Below, in pieces: positions 58,540-64,000 of a stretch of DNA of 64,000 nucleotides. This DNA comes from Candidatus Hadarchaeales archaeon (GTDB lineage: Archaea > Hadarchaeota > Hadarchaeia > Hadarchaeales > Hadarchaeaceae). The notes beneath the pieces are model-generated. The model was given only the letters and a program-made list of their open reading frames with translations. It searched no databases and was not told the DNA's origin. Location: contig JAVZGN010000003.1 in assembly GCA_038872135.1 (NCBI GenBank), forward strand, positions 18,683 through 82,682. Direction: 5' to 3'. Each line of letters opens with the position of its first letter. The first letter of the stretch is position 1. Position numbers and translations under genes: made by a program.

Positions 58540-59670
58540 TCAAGATTTGAAGTTTGTGCCTTCATACTTCCACACGATCTCCTCGCTGAATAGATAGTTG
58601 ACTATGAAGCCCGGAAATACACCGATGAATGTTGCTAGGAGGTAATGTACACCGAAAAAGTAGCTCAACACCAGCGATGTGATGTAAATCGTTAGCGTAC
58701 CGAGCGCTACCACACCATGAAACTTCAAACACCTGGAAACTATACCTTTTATCCTCCTCTCTTTAAAGGTCCAAATATCGTTCCAGATGAAGTTATTTAA
58801 TATCGAGGCTTCAATGGCTAAAGCGGAAGCGATGAAAAGGGGTACTCCGCGGGCGACAAGTAGGTAAAGTAGCACCTCAAGGATCGCCACGCCACTCAAC
58901 CCCACGGCCACAAACTTTACTGGTCTATATTTTGATAGCTTCAGACAAAACAGCGCATGGCTAAGGAGGTAAGAAATACCAAGCTTCGATTTCGACTTGC
59001 CACGATGTGTGAAAGTGCACGGCATCTCTACGACTTTTAATCCTGGTTTTTTTGCCAAGAGTTCTATCAGAAACCTGCTGTGGGTAACTTTTTCAAACTT
59101 TACGCCCTTTGGCTTTCCCTTAAGGAGCATGAAGTTGGATTCAACATCCATTACCTTTCGGGTCTGGGGGAGGAGAAAGTGGGAGAATCCTATCGCCAAC
59201 CTCGATACAAGTCGCTTCAATGGACTCCACCCCACGATTTTTCCACCCGGGACATACCTTGAAGCAACAACGAGCTGGGCATTTTCATTCTCCATGATTT
59301 TCACCATTTTCGGTAGAAGTTCCAGCGAGTACTGCATATCTGGATTCGTCACGGCGATCATCTTGTTGTTGGCCGCGTTTATGCCGTCTACTACAGCGGA
59401 AGATAGGCCGAGTCTTCTGGGCCTCCGTATGACCTTGATGTTGTCATACTTTTGGCTCAGGGATTCTGCAACATCGGCCGTGCCATCCGAACTGTTATCA
59501 TCGATAACGATGATTTCACACTTCTGTTTCATGAATTTCTCTATTCGTTCGATCACTTTTTTGATGTTTTCACGCTCGTTATAGGTTGGCAGGACAATGC
59601 TAATCGCGGAGCCGCCTCCTCTAAGAGTTGGCCGCCGTTTGGATATATCTCCATGCTTCGCTTTAAACAT
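58540..59670 (-). CDS. Dolichol-phosphate mannosyltransferase-like GT2 fused to GtrA domain
   Basis: LPTYNE, DDNSSDGT, GLSSA and ASRY; C-terminal KFVAVG...NNFIWNDIWTF GtrA. Confidence 0.88.
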   Translation of the reverse strand: MFKAKHGDISKRRPTLRGGGSAISIVLPTYNERENIKKVIERIEKFMKQKCEIIVIDDNSSDGTADVAESLSQKYDNIKVIRRPRRLGLSSAVVDGINAANNKMIAVTNPDMQYSLELLPKMVKIMENENAQLVVASRYVPGGKIVGWSPLKRLVSRLAIGFSHFLLPQTRKVMDVESNFMLLKGKPKGVKFEKVTHSRFLIELLAKKPGLKVVEMPCTFTHRGKSKSKLGISYLLSHALFCLKLSKYRPVKFVAVGLSGVAILEVLLYLLVARGVPLFIASALAIEASILNNFIWNDIWTFKERRIKGIVSRCLKFHGVVALGTLTIYITSLVLSYFFGVHYLLATFIGVFPGFIVNYLFSEEIVWKYEGTNFKS

Positions 59671-59835
59671 GGAACCAAATGAAGTTTTTTGCTGAGCTTA
59701 AATATGTGCGCAACTTCCATCCCTGTCGTGAAGTATGTTATTTGTTGCCTAAGCATAAGTATTACTTTGCGCAACACCAAACAAATACCAGAACATATAT
59801 AAATTAAATAGAAAAATTCTAAGAGGCGACCAAAA

Positions 59836-61320
59836 TTGGCATCTGAGATGGAGGAAAAAGCAGCCAGTGGGCGAGAAGAGGCGGTAATTGGGTCGGTACA
59901 GAGATGGCTTAGCAACCCGGTTTCTAAAGCGATGCTCCGCTTCGTCTGTGGGCGGAGCACTCGTGGCGGAAATAGGTTAGACATCGCCCTGCGGAAGTAT
60001 GTGGGTGAAGATGTCTCATGCGATCTCCAAGACAGGCTCGCGGCTTTGATAGTCAAGCTTATCATCGATCGAAGTAGCAGCATCTTTGGTTACTCCGGTC
60101 AGGAGTTGAAGAAGTACCTGAAAGATCCGGTAATCAGGCGCGGGATGGTGAATGTGCTTGAGGGAATTGCACGATATGGTGCTCGTAGGCCTTTCACTTC
60201 TATTGCCCCATTTTTGGTCGTTTGGAACTATACAAAGCTATGTAATTTGCGGTGCGAGCACTGTTACGAGAATGCAGGAGCTAAGGCAGCGGAGGATGAA
60301 CTTACCACCGATGAGGCGAAGCGGGTCATAGACGAGTTTGAGGACGCAGGAGTGGTAGCGATAGCGTTTTCAGGCGGCGAGCCGCTGCTGAGGAAAGATA
60401 TCTTCGAGGTGGCGGGATATGCCAAGGGCAAGGGATTTTTCATCTCGATCGCAACCAATGGCACAATTATCACGAGAGAAACTGCGAGGAAGATGAAAGA
60501 TGTTTTCGATTATGCAGAAATCTCCCTCGACGGCTTCGAGGAGGTGCATGACAGATTTAGGGGCATCCAGGGGGCTTGGAAGCGCACATGCGAGGGCATT
60601 AAAAATTGCGTGGCAGAGGGTATAGACACTTGCGTCGCTTTGACGGCGACCCACTACAATCTTCAAGAGATACCAAAACTCGTGGACTTTGTGGAGCGGG
60701 AACTCGGGGCCAAACGCGTCATAGTGTTCAACTATGTGCCAGTCGGGCGTGGCAAGGACATCGTTAGTCAAGATTTGTCTCCGCAAGAAAGGCAGGAGCT
60801 GCTCAGATATCTCTACTCGAGGATGATGGATAGTAATGGTAAGTTGATTTGTTACACTACGGCCCCCCAGTACTCTATGGTGTCTTGGGAGTTTGCCTAC
60901 GGTACAACAGGAGCCACCGGATTGGTCTCAACCCACTTCACAACTGAGGGGGCTATGCGGGCACTGCAGGGGCGAACGAAGAGTCTCGCGGATTTTCTCG
61001 GTGGGTGCGGGGCGGGGAGGCTCTACTGCGGCCTCGAGCCCAATGGAGATATCATCCCCTGCGTCTTCATGCCAATCAAGCTGGGTAACATAAGGAAAGA
61101 TCGCCTGCGCGACATCTGGCACTCCTCCGAGCTCCTCTGGAAGCTCCGCATTCGAGAAGCGCTGAGGGGTTGCGGCACGTGCGAGTACCGCTACATCTGC
61201 GGCGGGTGCAGAGCAAGGGCCTATGGATATTACGGCGATGTACAGGCTCCTGACCCAGGATGTATCCACAACCTTAGATACTGGGAAGAATTGAAAAATA
61301 GTGGAAAACTAGCAAGCTGA
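59836..61320 (+). CDS. Radical SAM/SPASM protein with N-terminal extension
   Basis: CNLRCEHC, FSGGEP, GCGAG...IIPC and CGTCEYRYICGGCRARA...DPGC. Confidence 0.88.
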   Translation: MASEMEEKAASGREEAVIGSVQRWLSNPVSKAMLRFVCGRSTRGGNRLDIALRKYVGEDVSCDLQDRLAALIVKLIIDRSSSIFGYSGQELKKYLKDPVIRRGMVNVLEGIARYGARRPFTSIAPFLVVWNYTKLCNLRCEHCYENAGAKAAEDELTTDEAKRVIDEFEDAGVVAIAFSGGEPLLRKDIFEVAGYAKGKGFFISIATNGTIITRETARKMKDVFDYAEISLDGFEEVHDRFRGIQGAWKRTCEGIKNCVAEGIDTCVALTATHYNLQEIPKLVDFVERELGAKRVIVFNYVPVGRGKDIVSQDLSPQERQELLRYLYSRMMDSNGKLICYTTAPQYSMVSWEFAYGTTGATGLVSTHFTTEGAMRALQGRTKSLADFLGGCGAGRLYCGLEPNGDIIPCVFMPIKLGNIRKDRLRDIWHSSELLWKLRIREALRGCGTCEYRYICGGCRARAYGYYGDVQAPDPGCIHNLRYWEELKNSGKLAS

Positions 61321-61323
61321 AGG

Positions 61324-61497
61324 TTATTTCGCTTTTTTGAACTCAGTGTATCCACATTTCCCACAGGAAATCCTTCCTTCATGTTCTGCGAGAAAAACTC
61401 CGCCACCGCACCTCGGGCACTCCTTCTTCAGCCTTTGGAGCTTCCCCTCCTTGACCGAGTAGAGCCTAGCCTTTCGCGCCTTCACCTTTTTTGACAT
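61324..61497 (-). CDS. rps27ae: 30S ribosomal protein S27ae
   Basis: [22 protein letters not shown]. Confidence 0.95.
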   Translation of the reverse strand: MSKKVKARKARLYSVKEGKLQRLKKECPRCGGGVFLAEHEGRISCGKCGYTEFKKAK

Positions 61498-61816
61498 CCT
61501 TCTCCTCCTTTGGCTTTTCACCCGCCTCGGCCTTTTCCTTCGGCATTCCGCGGCTCAGGAGATGCTTGAGCTCAGTGGCTTCCATCTTTTCCTTTGAAGC
61601 ATAAATGCGGGCAACGCCGATTGTCTCGCATCTTTTCGGTAACCCAGCCAGCTTTTCAATCACTATCACGTCCTCCGGCACATTGAGGATAGCCGCAAGC
61701 CCCTTCCTCACATCCATCCTTTTTGGAGTTGGAGAACCATCATGAAGGATCTTCAGTCTTAGCTCGCTCCTCTCCAGCAGGGGATTTTCCCTCTTTTCAA
61801 CTATCTGAATGTTCAT
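61466..61816 (-). CDS. rps24e: 30S ribosomal protein S24e
   Basis: [17 protein letters not shown] and ARIY...E..HLL.R. Confidence 0.9.
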   Translation of the reverse strand: MNIQIVEKRENPLLERSELRLKILHDGSPTPKRMDVRKGLAAILNVPEDVIVIEKLAGLPKRCETIGVARIYASKEKMEATELKHLLSRGMPKEKAEAGEKPKEEKDVKKGEGAKG

Positions 61817-61818
61817 CC

Positions 61819-62208
61819 TCACACCCGCCTCCCCCTTCTGCCACCAGGTTTTCTCGTCCCGTCGTGGGGGATCGGGGTAACATCCTCTATCCTTCCTATC
61901 TTCAGTCCGGCCCGTGCTAGAGCCCTTATGGCGGCTTGTGCCCCAGGACCCGGGATTCTCGAGCCGCTCCCCCCCGGAGCCCTCACCTTTATGTGAACTC
62001 CACTAATCCCTTTCTCAATAGCTTCTTCCGCAGCCTTGGCCGCAGCCTGCATGGCAGCATATGGCGATGATTCCTCCCTGTCGGCTTTCACTATCATCCC
62101 CCCCGAAGCCCTCGCTATCGTCTCCGCCCCCGTGAGATCAGTTATGTGAATGATGGTGTTGTTGAAAGATGAGTAAATGTATGCAATGCCCCATCTTTCC
62201 TCAGACAT
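61819..62208 (-). CDS. rps11: 30S ribosomal protein S11
   Basis: [26 protein letters not shown] and PHDG.R. Confidence 0.97.
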   Translation of the reverse strand: MSEERWGIAYIYSSFNNTIIHITDLTGAETIARASGGMIVKADREESSPYAAMQAAAKAAEEAIEKGISGVHIKVRAPGGSGSRIPGPGAQAAIRALARAGLKIGRIEDVTPIPHDGTRKPGGRRGRRV

Positions 62209-62713
62209 TCTCTTTCTCACCTCCGGCGCTTGGAGGAGTTGGCTCCTCGGTTTTCTGGAGGACCTTAATCAGCGGCTCCTCATCAATCGGCACCATGTAG
62301 CTTGGAACGCTAATTTTTTTCTCACCGATCATCACCTTCCCATGGAGAATCATCTGCCTCGCCTGCAGCGGAGATTTCGCCAGCCCCTTCCTGTATACTA
62401 CCGTCTGAAGATATCTTTCAAAGATTTTCTCAACCGTGAGTCCAAGAGCATCGTCAAGAGTTGCATCCTTTTCCACTAGACCAAGCCGGTGGAGACGGGA
62501 AATCAGCTGTTTGGTTTCCTTCTCTGCTTGGGGACCGCTCTCCGCTAGGAGCCTTCTGGCCTGCCTCCGGAAACCCCTCAAAATAGTCTGGGCCCGCCAT
62601 ATTTCTCTCTTTCTCCTCAAACCAAACTGGGAGCGAAGTTTATCTTCGCGGTCCATCCTTTCCTTTTCCCAAGGATGCGCGGGCTTTACGTATTTCCTCC
62701 TCTGCCTCCTCAA
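62201..62713 (-). CDS. rps4: 30S ribosomal protein S4
   Basis: [22 protein letters not shown] and QARQMILHG. Confidence 0.95.
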   Translation of the reverse strand: MRRQRRKYVKPAHPWEKERMDREDKLRSQFGLRRKREIWRAQTILRGFRRQARRLLAESGPQAEKETKQLISRLHRLGLVEKDATLDDALGLTVEKIFERYLQTVVYRKGLAKSPLQARQMILHGKVMIGEKKISVPSYMVPIDEEPLIKVLQKTEEPTPPSAGGEKENV

Positions 62714-62723
62714 GTCTTCACCC

Positions 62724-63332
62724 TCACTCCTTCTTTTCCTCTTTCTTCGGTGCCTCGGTTTTGGCCGCCTTTTCCTTAGCGGCAGTCGGTTTTTCAGCCT
62801 TTGCTACCTCTTCCTTCTCGGCTTTCGGCTTTCCTTCCTTAGCTGCTTTTGGCTTCTCCTCTTTGGCCGCCTCCAACTTCGCTCTCGTCTCTTTTCTCAT
62901 CACACCGACGGTCAGCCCTCTCCTCCCCGTGGTCCTAGTTCGCTGGCCCCTCACCGGAAGGCCAAGCTCGTGCCTGATACCCCTCCTGCTCCTTATCTTC
63001 CGCTCCCTCCCGATGTCTCCCTTCACCGCCAAGGTAACGCCTGTTTCCACCAGCTGAATGTCTTCACCGCTTTCAACATCTTTCGGCCGGTTGAGCATCC
63101 ATGAGGGGATTCCACTTTTTATCGGATCTTCGAGGACATTCTCTATTTTCTTGACATCTTCCGGGGCAAGTTCCCCGAGCTTCTTAAATGGATCAATACC
63201 CGCAGCATAAGCAACGGCCCGCCCGAGCATGACCCCCACTCCCTTCAGGTCTGCAAGAGCGAGGTAAGTGGGCTTCTCTCCCGACAGGTCTTTTCCCGCT
63301 ATCCTAACTATATGCCTAAACTCTTCTGGCAT
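62724..63332 (-). CDS. rps13: 30S ribosomal protein S13 with long Lys/Glu/Ala-rich tail
   Basis: FRHIVRIAG, IPSWMLNR and RGIRHELGLPVRGQRTRTTGR; ATG at 63332 preferred. Confidence 0.95.
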   Translation of the reverse strand: MPEEFRHIVRIAGKDLSGEKPTYLALADLKGVGVMLGRAVAYAAGIDPFKKLGELAPEDVKKIENVLEDPIKSGIPSWMLNRPKDVESGEDIQLVETGVTLAVKGDIGRERKIRSRRGIRHELGLPVRGQRTRTTGRRGLTVGVMRKETRAKLEAAKEEKPKAAKEGKPKAEKEEVAKAEKPTAAKEKAAKTEAPKKEEKKE

Positions 63333-63500
63333 TCTAACCTTACCTATTTTCTCCTTTTGGGTTTTAAGCCTATTTTGCTTCGATAATTTCCATTTCTTCA
63401 GTAGCAGAACCGCACGAGTTTTCGCCAACCACTCCTATGAGTTTTTGGGTGCCAAAATTTTTAGAGAAGTGATATATGCGAGTTCATAGATTTTATCGTG

Positions 63501-64000
63501 ATGATTATCTCCGGAAAACTAGGTAAAATTAAGGTGGGGGATGGGCAACCCGTTGTGCTGATGGGAGTCATAAATCTGAGCCCTGATTCCTTCTTTAGGG
63601 GCTCGATTTTTTTCCCCTCTCGCGCTGTGGAGAGGGCCTTAAAGCTGGTGGATGGTGGAGCTAAAATAATCGATATCGGGGCGATGGCTACTGGACCGAA
63701 GTCTGCGCCGGTCGATGAAAAGGTCGAGATAAGAAGGCTCATCCCGGCCATCAGGGCAATTTCGAGAAGGCTCGACGCGCCAATCTCCGTGGACACCCAG
63801 AGGTCAAGGGTGGCAGAGGAAGCCGTCGCGGCGGGAGCCGAGATAATCAACGATGTGAGCGGGATGAAAAATGACCTAGGGATGGCCGCAGTAGTGAAAA
63901 AATATGGGTGCTCAACCGTCCTGATGGCCGCAGATAAATTCCCAGGCGATGTCTATACGATTCCGGCGATAAAGGAATCATTGATGAAGAGTTTGAAGAT
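63501..64000 (+). CDS. folP: Dihydropteroate synthase (5' part; runs off window, absent from ORF track)
   Basis: Manual translation MIISGKLGKIKVGDGQPVVLMGVINLSPDSF...IIDIGAMATGP...ISVDTQRS...IINDVSG. Confidence 0.9.
   Translation, partial: MIISGKLGKIKVGDGQPVVLMGVINLSPDSFFRGSIFFPSRAVERALKLVDGGAKIIDIGAMATGPKSAPVDEKVEIRRLIPAIRAISRRLDAPISVDTQRSRVAEEAVAAGAEIINDVSGMKNDLGMAAVVKKYGCSTVLMAADKFPGDVYTIPAIKESLMKSLK

Overview
Archaeal chromosomal segment, mostly housekeeping genes with strong GGAGG/GGTGA Shine-Dalgarno sites. The gene repertoire (Thermococcales-like EF-1alpha N-terminus, tungsten AOR, DUF39 homocysteine cluster, phosphopantothenate synthetase, CoxLMS-like oxidoreductase) suggests an anaerobic euryarchaeal-affiliated lineage such as Hadarchaeota; this is inference and was not tested. 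About 75 CDS are supported, including IleRS, GluRS, RFC-S, FEN1, thermosome, RpoK, aIF5A, S13/S4/S11/S24e/S27ae, a nucleotide-sugar/glycosyltransferase cluster (51.7-59.7 kb) and a partial FolP. There are four tRNA genes (Leu-CAA, Asn-GTT, Gly-GCC, Ala-CGC), all with encoded CCA. No CRISPR array, transposase, integrase or intein was seen. Main highlights: (1) a tRNA-Asn gene with two introns, one a 21-nt bulge-helix-bulge intron at the highly unusual position 8/9 that hides the 5' acceptor strand; (2) a eukaryote-like topoisomerase IB with an extra-long linker; (3) a stand-alone CARF-like protein coupled to threonine synthase; (4) two MoaD/ubiquitin-like proteins that both carry C-terminal extensions after Gly-Gly; (5) an EF-1alpha with a divergent domain III coupled to an unknown membrane protein; (6) small genes missed by the ORF track (face-to-face-type histone, eL41/eS32, a possible zinc-binding micro-protein); (7) a rearranged ribosomal operon (S11 joined directly to S24e, no rpoD).
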